Shown here piece after piece: positions 1 to 12,469 of a stretch of DNA of 64,000 nucleotides (the stretch's first letter is position 1; each line of letters begins with the position of its first letter). Below the pieces are notes generated by a model. That model was not told where the DNA came from and made no database searches. It worked only from the letters and a program-made list of their open reading frames with translations. Source of the DNA: Lama guanicoe (lineage: Eukaryota); the NCBI GenBank assembly GCA_013239625.1, contig MU054001.1, positions 434,001-498,000 on the forward strand, in the 5' to 3' direction. The position numbers and the translations under genes are program-made.

Positions 1-145
1 ATACTATAAGACTGATCACGGCAGACAGATGCAAACACTTACAAAATTACAGCTGTGCTAGCTGCTGTGAAGAAGAGGACCAGGTGCTCTGGAGAGTGCA
101 ATGGGAGGAGCAGACTTTGTCCAGGAGGAGGCAGGGCAGGGAGGG
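1..145 (-). mobile_element. L2 LINE fragment
   Basis: Degenerate match to the reverse complement of the L2 3' region (cagacagatgcaaacacttacaaaattacagctgtgcta...caggtgctctggagag). Confidence 0.5.
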
Positions 146-159
146 GTCAACTCCAAAGG

Positions 160-316
160 GAAGGGGAGGGGACGGACTTTAGGGGAAGATGAATCTCTTC
201 CCTACTTTGACTGTAATAGCTACACAACTGTGTTTGTCAAACTAGCAGAATTGTACACTACAAGGATGCCTTTTACTGAATGTAAATTATAATTTAATTT
301 AAAACTGAAAAGAAAA
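160..316 (+). mobile_element. Ancient L1M 3' end fragment
   Basis: tttgactgtaatagctacacaactgtgtttgtcaaactagcagaattgtacact...tgtaaattat followed by an A-rich tail, typical of L1M 3' termini. Confidence 0.7.
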
Positions 317-1489
317 ATCATCTCTAGAAAAGGTTCTGTTGCTACAGAACAAAAGCTGGAAAATCCCCCAGCTGGGGCAATCTAAAGGGCTTTCCCAGTG
401 CAGCAGTGGGGCTGCTTGTGACCACTCAGCTGCTGCCCTGCCCCACTCTGAGCTGAGGCCAGGGGCTTGGTCTGTGGGTCTGACACCCGGAGTCCGAATA
501 TCTGTTGGGGGCCCTGCCTGGGAGACACTGGTCCTCCCCACCCGGCCCCTGTGTAGCCTCCCTGAATAAACAATGACCCCTGCTGTCTCCACCAGTTCCG
601 CCCTTTCAGCCTGGTCTTAGGGCCAGAAAATTGTGGTCCATCTCCAGGTCTGGGGAAACCTTGGGTGCAGAGGTGGGGAGCTGGGGCTGGGACGAAATCT
701 GGGGCTTTCAAGGGGTGGAGGAGGTGCTAGGGCTGGGCTTGTGCCCCTTCCAGCCTGGGGCTGGGGCACATGGAGCCAGGATGGGAAGCCCAGAGGCTCC
801 CAGGACCACCTGGCTGCCTACTTGCTGGTCCAGGTTTCCCTGCCCAGGCCTGGATGTGGGGTGTTGGGGGGGAAGCAGGCATCAAGGGGCTCCAGAGATG
901 GGGGCAGCCCTGGGGGACAGACCCACAGAGATCACGGGCTAAGCAGAGGGAAGTGCTACCCCTGTCCAGGCCTCAGTCTCCCTAGCCCTTGAATGGGAAT
1001 ATCAATGCCTGCTCTCCTGCTCCCCACATGGATTCATTTATGTACTGAGCACAGGCGCCGTAGAACATTCTGGGCATAAAGGGATGAACATCACTGCCTG
1101 GCCCCACAGAGCTCACAGACCCACAAGGACTGAAGCAGGGTGTGGCAAACGTGATACCCAGAAGCTGTGGACATGGCCAGGCCCAGACTACGGAAGGGCT
1201 TGGGACTGGTTTACTGTTTACGCCTTCCTGGGCATGACCTGGGGACTGAGCTGAGGAGAGGCCAGCTGGAAGCTGGGGGTGTGGGTTGCAGGACAAGATA
1301 GATTCTGGATTTCCTTGGCAACTTCTCCATGACCCCCCCATCCCAGATCTACACCCCCTCCAAAGCTGTCCTTGGATGCTTCTTCAGATGAGACGACACC
1401 AGCCCTCCAGGGCTGTGATGGTCCAGCTACTTCTGGGTGATCATGTCCAAGGAAAGAGGAGGCCCTTGGAGCCAGTGACAGTGTGACTA

Positions 1490-1600
1490 AGATTGTGTGC
1501 TTATGTGTGGACACTTGCCTACATGGGTGTTTGTGTGTGTGTGTGCCTGTGTGGACATATGAGTGCTTATGGATGCTTGCCACAGGCATGCATGTTTCTG

Positions 1601-1631
<31 letters not shown>

Positions 1632-1880
1632 CTGTAAGGATAAGGGGACATGGTCATGTGGATCTCTGTATCTGTGTACTTCTCCAGGTGTGTGTAAGCG
1701 CAGGTGTGTGTCTGTGCATGTCTGTGTCAGCACATACCTGGGTGTGTGCATGACATTGTGGCCTGAGTGTGCCTCTGTGTTTCTGTGTGAGCACACAGTC
1801 TGAATCTGTATGCACTGCTGCATGAGCTCATGTACATATATCTGGACCTGCAGGGACACGGTCTGTGCATGTGTGTTGGG
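1490..1880. repeat. Degenerate (TG)n-rich low-complexity tract with a perfect (GT)n core at ~1604-1631
   Basis: Directly visible; it generates the CVCV/THTH ORFs in the track. Confidence 0.95.
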
Positions 1881-2719
1881 GGTCTACAGCGGGTGTTTGT
1901 GGTGGGGACAGGGCTACCAGCAACCCGATCCCGTCTCACCTCTCCAGGACCCTAGTCTGAGGAAGGGGCTGCTGCCCTAGATGCTCAAGGCTGAGAGCCC
2001 AGAGAAGCTCACCCCTGCCTTCTTTGGAGGGGCTGCAAAGCCAGAGCCTCCCCAGGTAAGAGCAGCCCCCCGCAGGGCAGGGTTGGGCAGGGCACAGTCG
2101 GCCAAACACTGATGATCTCCCTTCATGTGGTAGCTCGGACCTATTTCTGTCTTGTTTGGCTCATCCTGGCCGGGTGTTCCCGTCCAATAATGCCCTGTTT
2201 CTCCACCCGGCTATTTCGGCTGGGGAATGTGCTGTTTGTGTCTCAAGCAGAAAACCAAAAACCCCCATTATGGTTAGCTGTCCTGCGGCTTCGAGCAGCC
2301 ACTCACTTATTTAGGTTTCTCCTGGTCTATATTTGTCGACGGATGACATGTTGAACTTGGAAGGCATGGCTCGGGGTTGGGGGCTGAGGGGGGGAACTAG
2401 GGCCTTTTTAGGGAGGCGGGGGCATCATCTCAGCCCTCCCCACTGGGCAGGGCAGCGTTTGACTTCTCCACTAGGGGGAGCTGGGCTTTTTGCTCTCCTG
2501 GTCCCACCTTGGGCCGCCCAGCCACCCCTGTGCATGGTCCCCCAGGCCTTCGGACTCAGCGTGTTGCTCAGGCCAGCCGTCTCCTTTCCCTGCTAGCATC
2601 AGTTGGAAGCCCCCCCACCACTCCACCCCTGCAGCATTTTTCCCCAACCTTGCTCCACACACCGAGAGCAGCACAGGGGAGGGTAGAGTACAGCACCTAG
2701 AACGAAGCCATCTGGTGTA

Positions 2720-2830
2720 AACCTTGGCTTAGCCATCTCCTGGCTGGGTCCTCAAGCCAATTACTTATCTTTTACGTGTCGCTATCTCTTCATCCATAAA
2801 ACAGGAATAATACTCTATTTCGCTAGCTTT
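2720..2830 (+). mobile_element. MIR SINE fragment
   Basis: Degenerate MIR core (ctcaagccaattacttatct...catccataaaacaggaataatac). Confidence 0.55.
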
Positions 2831-2977
2831 AAGGTACACATTTTCACATTTTGATGCTGGCCTTACCATCAACAGTCTGGCATCGTTTAATTGGTTACAT
2901 TTTTCTCTCTCTTCACGGTACATAAAATAACAGGGGAGTTTATAATCAATGGTGTTTAGGGTTCTTTGAAACACACT

Positions 2978-3240
2978 AGTGTCAGTACTGGTGCTATAAA
3001 AGATAGCACATTCAAATTAAGATAACATGAGGAGATTTTAATAAAGGAGCACAAGATGTGGGCAGGATGTAGGGGAACCACAGGCCATGGCAAAATACCT
3101 GGGACTAGTAAGAGAAGGGTTGTGATAATCCCAGACCCCAAGACAGAGGTTAGGGGAGTGGTTCCCAGCACCTTGAATAAGACAGTTGGCACAGAGGACA
3201 ATTGAGAGCAGTGGCCTTCAGTGAGAGGCATACAGCCAGG
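2978..3240 (-). mobile_element. ERVL LTR (LTR33-like), partial
   Basis: gatagcacattcaaattaagataac...ttaataaagg...tgtgggcaggatgtaggggaacc resembles the reverse complement of LTR33 and the copy at 12.5 kb. Confidence 0.6.
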
Positions 3241-3390
3241 CCCTATTATCTATTAGCTGTGTGACTTTGGGCAAGTCATTTCACTTATCTGTGCATCATT
3301 TTACTCATCTGCATCACAATGGTCCCTACCTGCATAGGACTGTTGCCATGCTTAAATAAGAAAAGACATATCAAGAGTTTGGAACACCTC
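3241..3390 (+). mobile_element. MIR SINE
   Basis: tagctgtgtgactttgggcaagtcatttcacttatctgtgc MIR core. Confidence 0.85.
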
Positions 3391-3439
3391 TCTAAAGACC
3401 ATCCATCACTATCTTCCTCACCCCACAAATGCTGCCTGG

Positions 3440-3656
3440 AGTACATCTTTCTGCCTTGGTGTTCCAAGCTTCCCTGGTTCCCATCCTAACTCCATAACTA
3501 ACAGACTCTCCACCTTTCTGTCCATTTTGTGAACTACATGGTATCCCTGAAATAAGGTCTTGGTGGGGGGTTTGTTTGTTTTTGTATTATTTTGTTTTAC
3601 TTAAGTTAGCTCAAGTTGATTTCTGTTGCTTGCCACCAGAAAACCTTAACTCTACA
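3440..3656 (+). mobile_element. MaLR MLT1 LTR 3' part (old subfamily)
   Basis: Ends ttaagttagctcaagttgatttctgttgcttgccaccagaaaaccttaactctaca, the typical MLT1J/K-type terminus. Confidence 0.65.
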
Positions 3657-6600
3657 GTGACACAATGATGATATAGGATTGGGTCAGAGTCCTCCCCTGC
3701 AGACACTAATGATGAAAAAGTCTCTACTTACTGCTGAATGCCAGCCTACATCGCACCCTACACAGCTCCCACAGGACTAGAGCACAGAAGGCAAGCTACC
3801 CTGGAGATTTTCTGATTGACATGGGAGTAGAGGGTCAAGAGCCCTGCTCCTTCCACTTTTCCCTTCCCCCTTTCCCCTTTTTCAACCCCCCAGCACCTCA
3901 GTCCTAGAATCTTCTAGAACACTGGCTCCACAACAATTGTGTCTACAGTCCACTTTGGACAAACCAAAGCCCCCAGACCCTCTGTCTCATCCAATACCAC
4001 AGCCAGAAGGAAAAAGAAGGTGATGATGACATGGAAGAGCCCCATGGGAGCAGCTGCCGGAGCTTTGTGTATACATCTGCTTGAGAAATAAGGGCATAGG
4101 GGTGATTCATAACCAAAGTGCAACACCTACATGTTTCAGAGTCTGGTAGTTATTGGAAAATGATGGGCCCCACACTCTGCTGGTGCAAATATGCATCCCT
4201 ACATGCTGTGGGTTAACCAACCACCCGCCACAAGCTGCAGTGATGACGAGGGAACCAAACCAACAGCGATTCATAATTAAAATGTAAGAATAGCAGCAAC
4301 TGAAAACCGGGACCAGCCCGAGGCAGCCCTGACTATGCCCGAACATCTCGAGAATGACATCTCCGCCTGTGGGAACGTGTGGTAGCATTTTGCAATGCTG
4401 CCAAGCATCGCACGGCAGCCCGACTTCTTCGCCAAATGCTGAATCAAGTCTTCAGGAAGCTCTCCTAACCTGCTAATTTTGGGTTATAAATACCAAATTT
4501 TAGTAGCTCTCGTTGACTCACTGGATCTGTCAGTGAGTGGCTATTTGTTTGTAAGGTTGTGTATCCTTTGCTGGAGAAAAGCTCTTCGCTTAGAAAATCA
4601 TGCCATCTAGAGCCTTGAGTTTTAGGGAAAATAGCCTAGAATCATCATGTAAAAGTCAAAACCCGGTGATACACAGTCTGAGCCTCTAAGTCTCATAGGA
4701 AATTATAATGGGAGGTTGTATCAGCTGCAACAGGTTGGCTCGCTGCCTTGGGCAAAGAACTGGGAGCAGACTTATAAGAAACTGTGCATTGCACTGTAGT
4801 GGGGCTTCCACCAGGGCCAGGATGGATTCAACAACTCAAGGACATTTTCAAGAACCGAGAAGCAAATGCACAAGGATGATATTAGGGAACGGCCAGTCTG
4901 ACCCTGAGAACGGCAAGGTCAGGTGCAAGTGTCCTGGACATTCAGGCAGGTCTGCAGAAGGACTGGCAAGGCCTTCGAGGAGTCCTAGGGCCACAGTCAC
5001 TCAAGTCCCCACTGGAGGAGTCCCGTGTCTCCCTGGATCCAGCTCATCTTAGGACTCCTGCAACATTCATTTACTGGCTGGGAGCAGCCCGAGGGAGGGG
5101 GGCCTGAAAGCCAAGGTGGAGATGGATTTCAGAGCACAGCAGCTGCTGGCCCTTGAACAGTTACGGTCCCCAGGGTTAGAAGCCGGCAGGAGGAGCATCA
5201 GTCTTATGGCTCAGGTTTTATTTTTCAAATGCCCGTGCCATTGCACCTCCCACAGTGTTACCCTCCACAAGGACACTTTCTCGGGTAAAATCTTTGACAA
5301 TTGAGTGACCTCTTTGTGCCAGGGATTATCTGGCTCCACCCACCAACCAGGATAGCATCCCCTTCTCCCACCAGGTGCTGGGAGAGTCAGTCCTAAATCC
5401 TCATCTTACCACCTGTTTTCTCTGGCCACTCCTGGTACCACAGGAGTTAGTATCTGAAAAGCAGACACCAAGCAAAGAGAGAGGAAAGGAAAGTTGAAGA
5501 TGGGTTGTAGGCGGCTGTGCAGTCTCAGCGTGGTCTGTCACAGGCTGAGAGCAGCCAGTGGAAAGCAAGGCCTTGGCACAGAGGTGGTGACAGATTTCAG
5601 AGCAGCCGAGACATATCCCCACCTCTAGAGAAACAAGGGTCCCACAAAATGCCATGTGCCGATTGGCTCAGATAAGCCAGCTTCCCCTCCCAGAGCTGGG
5701 AACGGGATGGATGGGTCCCAAACAAGACCTGTGCTGTCAGGAGGCAGGAAAGGGTGCTGGGAGGGCCACTACTGATGCGACCTTAGAAAGAACAAAACCC
5801 CTTCTTCTTGCAGATAGGGGAGGCAGGGGTCTAGAGTAGAGATGGGAGGGGTGTGCCCAGGCTCTCACTGTGAACTGGGACAGAACAGGACGGGGACCCA
5901 TGTCAGGCCTCTCCTACAACAGTTTCACACCATCAGTTTCCGGCAGCCTTGGAAGGAGCAGGGCTGGACCGAGCCAGGGGATCAGGGCCCCGCTCCTTAC
6001 TGAGCTGGCTTGGTGCAAGCTCTCCCTTCCCAGAAATCTCAGCTCACTTAGTCATTTTGGTTTCCTGAGCCCCACCTGGGGTCTGGCCACTTGTCCCTGG
6101 AACACTGGATTAGCCCTTGGGGGTGAACTCACAGCTGGCTGTCATGAGATATTTTTAGAGCGATTAAATGCAGCAATAATTCCTCACTTTCTCTCAAGGC
6201 TCATTTCCTATTTCTCTATTAAAAGGAATAAAAACGCATCCTGGAAGGCTGCCCGGCACCGTCTTTGGGGAGGGAGGTGGGACCGGATGCCAGGCAGTGC
6301 TACACAAGGTCAGATGGAGTTTGCTTGTGAATCCCCCGTGAGGCTTGTCTGACGAGCACCACCCCACCTCAGCTGGCTCTCCAGAAGTGATGTCTGAGTT
6401 CCTTCCGCTGTGACCTGGGCACCAGGGATTGTTGGACAATGGGGGCTGGAGAGGCCAGCTTCCTGATGTGGCTCAGGAGGCAGCAACAACTCTGTCTCAC
6501 ATCACCACCTAAATCATCCTCACCTTCCTGCGGGCCTGCCAGGAAGTCTACACTTCGGCATTTCCTCTTGTTGGGTAAGCAGGGGGTTAATTCCACCCTT

Positions 6601-6699
6601 AGACGTTTGCTCTTGGGGGTGGTCTCTCTGCAAGCTACTGACTTTAAAAAAGAATACCCCCAGGAAAGAAGATCCAATGTCTTTGTGACTTAGTTGGGA

Positions 6700-6912
6700 G
6701 AGTGTTGAACTCAGGCTCAGAAGCCTGTGTTTGAATCCTGCATCTGCCATTTATAAGCTAAGTAATGTTGAGCAAATCATGTCCCCTCTCTGAGTCTCAG
6801 GTGTCCTACATATCCACTCTGAACATTTATCTTTATAGGACCTCTCCCCTGGGCTCTTGTGAAGATCAAATTGAGTAATGGTTAAAAACAAAAAGTGCTT
6901 TGGAAGCTGTAA
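6700..6912 (+). mobile_element. MIR SINE
   Basis: tttgaatcctgcatctgccatttataagct...ctctctgagtctcag...gtgaagatcaaattgag. Confidence 0.8.
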
Positions 6913-6917
6913 AGCTG

Positions 6918-7256
6918 ATTAGTTAGGTTAGGTTAGGCTGTGCTAATAACCACCAGTAACAAGCAAACCCTGAATTCTCAGGAGCTTAACACATAATTAC
7001 TTCTCATGTCAGCGTCTCTGGTTCCATCTTTTGGCTTCACAATCTTAATTCATAGTTTCCTGAGTCACCATGGTAGGGTTGTAAGATGTGGAGGGTCCAC
7101 ATCAACCTTTAAATGCTTTGGATCTGAAGTGACACTCGTCCCTTCTGCTCACAGACTATTGGTCAGAATTAGTATATGGCTCTGCCTGAGGGCAAACAGG
7201 CTGAGACATGCAGGAGGCACGTGCGTATGTGGTGAGCTGTCAATGTCTCCACCACA
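6918..7256 (-). mobile_element. MaLR MLT1 (K/L-like) LTR
   Basis: ttaggttaggctgtgc...aaaccctgaattctcaggagcttaac...gaagtgacactcgtcccttctgctcacagactattggtcagaattagt...accaca. Confidence 0.7.
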
Positions 7257-10039
7257 AAAGAGGAATTATTGTTATCAGTAGTGATGCTAGCAAGAGCAAC
7301 TTTTTCTGACTTTGACTCATTCTGACACGGAGCAGGAACAGGGATGAAGTAAAACTGCATATGGGACACGATGAGGGTCCTGAATGCTCAGGGGGAGAGT
7401 GAAGGAGCTAAAGAAGATACTTGACTCATTGTAGTGGGCAAATGTGGGGTGAGAGGCAGCAGCCTACCTGGAATGCATTCTCTGCTAGACATAAGCTGGC
7501 CAACACCACGTCGCCACGGTCCACTGGCTCCTGCCCAGGGTCTCACTAGCACCCCCAGGTCCCCACCAAGGCCAGCCAGGATCCCTCAGTTCTCAAACTG
7601 TCTGTGGCTCAAGATCAGTTTTGTTCTTAATTTCTAATCTGTCAGGATTTTTATAAGATACATTAAGAGCAAATTACTAGAGAATTTAAGCAATCTATCA
7701 ATCTAGAAAATAACTATAACCTAGGATGAAATAATCTAGAAACTAACCCAGTTAACATAAAACGACTTTGAAAAATTTCTCAAAAGCAAGAAAATCTAAA
7801 GAAAGTAATCTAGAAAATAATCTAGAGGCTAAAGAAAGGAAATAATGTGTTGTAAATGTTGCCAAACTCTAAGGAAAGCAGCATTACTAGGAAAATGAAA
7901 TGAAAGGCATCCCAACTTGTCTGAATCCCATTCGATGAGATGAGTCCATTGATCAAGCCCTCAGAAGCTGTGCCAATATCACACTGCTATGCCAACGTCA
8001 CACTTCCTCTTGGTTTCCATACTATCTCATGGTGGAGTAGTTTTGAAGGTTTGTAGCTCACTGCCAATCCCTGAACACACCTCAGCGGCCCCGTTAGATG
8101 CAAGCTCTTGAAGGGCAGAGCCCATGTTTCCTTAACAAGGAATGTGTGGGAATACCCAGCGTAGCAGCCCTCAGTGTCGGAGATACAAGACCCTGGCTGA
8201 TGAGTAATGGAGACCCCCAGCCTTGGCCAGGAACGTGCCAAGGAAAATCTCCCCAAGTCATTCATGGAATGCTTACCCCCAGGTCAGAGCCTGGCCCCTG
8301 GAGGGGTGTGTTTTGAGTTTTCCTCTCTCCAGATTCCATGTGTGCTCCCTTGGCCACACACATCCACACTCCAGAATCACTCACATGCATTGATGGCTTT
8401 TGACTACTCAAGTCTATATTAATTAAAGAGTGGACTCGAGATAGGCGAGCCAAGTGTCTTATTTCATAACGTAGATAATGTTAGAGATTTTAATTTACAA
8501 GGAGAGCGGAGACCAGGGTCTGTCTGCCGCAGAAAGAGCTGCAGAAAGCTTCGTCGTTTCTGAATCTGATATCTCAAGACTCTCTGAGTTGCCATAAATT
8601 CTGATAAAATGTCTTCCCAGCGGCAAAAGATAATTTTTATAAGCTTTTGGAAGGGACTAATAAAGCAGTAATCCACCGTCTTCCATTATTTAAAGACCTG
8701 GCTTGAGGGATGTGATTTGTAAGGGTTTTTATATATAAATATATAGACATATATTAATTATATGTCTCAATCCATCACCCTCTCTGAAAAGGAATTGTAG
8801 CAGGGAGCTTTGGTTTCCCCAGGACCGGCCTCTCACCTCAGCTGAAGCTGGAAAGATCTGTCTCCCAGAACTATCCCTGCAGATCTCCATGCCTCCAAGA
8901 GAAGTGATCAAAGGTGATAGTGCTAACGCTCTTCATCCCTCCCCTGGACCCGTGTGATAACCTTGGGGTTACATTTTGTGTCTGACAAACACGATTTCAC
9001 TGTGACAAGGCCTGGTGGCGATGAGGGCGGCTTAGTCATCATCTGACAACAGACACATGTTGGGGATTTTCCCATCTGCCCCTTGTCCAAGGATTCTAGC
9101 TCTGGGGTTATCGGGCAGACACCAGCCTGAGCATCCAATAACAACAAGCTTAAGCTCAAAGCCAGAGAAGGCAGCCCCTGCATCTTACTCCAGGAGCCTG
9201 GAACCCCTGCTGGGTAAGGCAGAGCAGATTTTCAAGGCTGTGGGATTTGTGTGGCTTATTCTGTGAGAACACATCATGTCCCCGTAAAGCGTTTGAGAGG
9301 CTACAGGGCAAATATATGGTCCAAGTCCCTGCCCATCAGCCTCGCTGCCTCAGTTGAGCCAAGAGGCCTTCGGATGATGGCAAAAAGTTGAGTGAAGATG
9401 CTCCTTAAAGGGACAGAGGTTGTTTCGTATTTGCCAGGTTTCCCCAGCGTCCTCTCACACTCTGAGCACGCAAGGGGACCCAACACCGTGAAGATGCCAG
9501 TGAGAGTGGTGGTGTTTCATTCCTGATCTCTTCTCCCTTCCTCATGGTCTATGACCTCCAAAACACAGGCAAAGAAACTGGAGGTCCAAAGTCAGTGCTG
9601 GGATTCACATCCAGGTCTGGCTGACCCCACGGGTTGTGTAGTTTCTACTACAAACATTGACTCAGAGATAAGGAGAATAAATTTTTTAAAAGAAGAGAGG
9701 GAGGGAGAGAGGAAAGAAAGGAGGGAAGGCTTGGCACCATTTGAATTAGCCACCTGGATTAGTTGCAGATTGCCATGCTAAAGGAGGAGAGAGTATGGGA
9801 AAATTGCCCACATGAGGAAAGGGTAGGAGCAGAAGACCCTCTAAAGGCTGCACAGACTGCAAGAGGCTCTGGAGGGCAGCTGGCTGGAGGGCCCAGAGCT
9901 GAAGCCGGGAAGATGAAATTAGAATGTCTGGCAGTCAATTCCAAAGCAAGAGGTCTCCCAGCTCCACGGGAGAGAGGCATCCTCCCAGCTGAGACTGGAC
10001 CCTGAAATAGTTGCTATCTGGCCGGACATGGAGTCTGGA

Positions 10040-10462
10040 CCAAGGTACAGGGCTTGCCACTTTATCTGCAGTCACTTCTCAAAGCTATCGTACAGCTTCA
10101 GGGCTCAGGTATCAAGATCTTGGGGGGCATTACCCTCCCTGTTAAGACAAGAGAGGGGAGGCAAGATTCTCCCAGTCATGAAACCAGCAGCAACTAGGCT
10201 TCCCGTGTCCCTTAGACTTCCTCCTGAAAAGCTCACACCCTGGGGCCATGTGCGGCTGAGGTCACAGAGAGCAGCTTCCTTACAATGATTCGTGAACTTC
10301 CAGATTTCCCGAAAGTCAGCAGCTGCCTTCCCAACCCTTGCTTCCGCCCCACCCTCTACCACCTTTCAAGAACTGCACCATTTCCCAATGCCCCGAATTA
10401 AAACCCTCCCTCTAGGAAATACCCAGAGCGACTCCTGGTTGCCTGGTTGAATCCTGAGTGAG
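10040..10462 (+). mobile_element. ERVL-type LTR remnant
   Basis: The 3' end attaaaaccctccctctaggaaatacccagagcgactcctggttgcctggttgaatcctgagtga resembles ERVL LTR R/U5 ends; the 5' boundary is uncertain. Confidence 0.5.
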
Positions 10463-10779
10463 TTGGGAGGGCCAAACTGGAACATCTGAGAGTAAGTTTC
10501 TGTCACCCAGAGGAACAAAAACTTAATCCGGTTTTGGAAAACTAAGAGATCTTTCCAAGCCTCTGCCCACCTGAGAGTGCAGACTGATGGTCCTATTTGC
10601 TACGTTTTTGAGGCTGGCCAGCACCTCCTATCTGGTTGCAGGTCTTGATGCTTACAAAGGACTTTCACAGGCACCCCTGATCCCATCAGCAAGTCTAGGA
10701 GGTGGGCACGATCCCCATTCAGTGGATTAGAAATGTGGATCTCCAGGACAGGAGCAAATGGAACCAAATGCTTGAACCT

Positions 10780-11169
10780 TGCATTGGTCTGCAACAAATA
10801 CCCAAGGCTGCATGCCTTAAACAACAGAGCTTTATTTTCTCATGGTTCTGGAGGCTGGAAGTCCCAGATCAGGGCTGGGCAAGGTTGGTTTCTGGTGAGA
10901 GTTCTCTTTCTGGTGTACAGATGGTGTCTTCTCCCAGCCCTCATGTGGCCCTGCCTCTGAGCATGCACAGGGAGAGGGACCCAGCTCTCTGGTTCTCTTC
11001 TTATAAGGACACTAATCCTATAGATCAGGGTCCCACCCTTAGGACCTTATTCAACCTTAATTACTTCCTGAGAGGCTCCACCTCCAAACACAACCACACT
11101 AGGGGTGAAGGCTTTAACATATGAATTTGGGGGTTGGTGGTAAGGGGGACAAACATTCAGGTCATAACA
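10780..11169 (-). mobile_element. MaLR MLT1A-like solo LTR
   Basis: ttaaacaacagagctttattttctcatggttctggaggctggaagtcccagatc...cttataaggacactaatcc...aacatatgaatttggggg...cattcaggtcataaca. Confidence 0.9.
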
Positions 11170-12289
11170 TACCTCTTAGCCTACTGCTCATACTATCACA
11201 CTAGGAAACTGAATGCATTAGGGAGAGGCATCTGAGGAGGGAGAAAAGAGATGGAAAAAAGGATGGAGGTAAAGGTCTTTGCCTAGTTTCAGCCTAAATC
11301 AAAAGGCACAATACTTTCCAAGCCTTGAAGCAGACACTCCCCAACATATTGAATCTGGAGCGGTCATCCACAAGCAAACTGCAGAGGCTTTTGCTTGGCC
11401 TGAGTAATATCTTTTAGAAATCCGAATATGCCCCCCATATTTAAAGATTGGAAGAGTTCCTGTAAAAATCTAGGCTTCTCTTGAAAAAAATCAGGTTTCT
11501 TCTCACTGGGGCTGTGTGTCAACACAGCAACCATTGGCCCGAGTTTGGGAGCGGCTACTTCCAATGGAGCATCTGACTTGTTCCCTTCACTCACTCCCAA
11601 TTCCACCTCCGGCCTGGGCCTCCCTGGCCGCCCTGAGCACACACTGGCCCCCTAGGCCTGAGGAAGATGGGGTGCCTTGGAGCAGCCCAGCCTCCCTGAG
11701 CTTCCTTGCAGAGGCAACAGCACAGCATGGGTCCTCTTTGATTCCAGGGCTGCCCATCCAATGTCCAGCTGCTCCTTCCCCCCCATGACAATACTGCATA
11801 ATTCACATGAAAGCGGATTAATATACAGTCAGGAAATTCAGACACTCGATATGACTTCTAAGGGCCTCTTTATTTGTATGAGAAAAGGGATCATCCCAAA
11901 ATATTCACTTCTCCTCCCCTCTGGGTTTTGAAGATCATCCCCCAAGACCCTATCCCACTGACCATTTGGATGATAACCAGACAATCCTGTGGGCTGAGGA
12001 TGGGCAGCTTCCTGGGTACCCCATGCTGGCTACAGGCACCCCAAGGCTTCTACTTAAAGGGTCCAATCTTGGCGTTTATTTATTATTAAAAACTCAGTCT
12101 CTAGCTCTGAATCCTTTGCTGTTTTTTGGCTCTTGCCTGAAGCCTCTCCCACAACCCAGCTCCTCTGATCATTTGTGTCAGAAAGTTTCCTCTCTTGGCC
12201 CAGGAGGAAGCAGGCCTGTTACCCCATCGTGCTGCTCAGACCTGAAAAAAGTAAGCTGAGGATATGGTAATGGTTCTTCTTCATCCCAC

Positions 12290-12420
12290 GCAGCTCCCCA
12301 CTCCTTAGCTGCGTGACCTTGGGCAAAGCACTTTCCCTCTCTGAGCTTTTCAATTGTTCTTCTGTTAAGTGGTGGTTTGCCACACCTCAGGGAAAATGTA
12401 CTGCAATAGTGGATAAGGGG
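12290..12420 (+). mobile_element. MIR SINE
   Basis: tagctgcgtgaccttgggcaaagcactttccctctctgagc. Confidence 0.75.
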
Positions 12421-12469
12421 AAAAAAATCTTTGAAAGATAGGAAACAGTGTATAAGACTTAACCAAAGT

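Noticed and set aside
1218..1859. 213-aa minus-strand ORF and overlapping Cys/Val-rich plus-strand ORFs
   Set aside because: They are translations of the degenerate (TG)n tract (THTH/CVCV); no domain or splice structure is evident.
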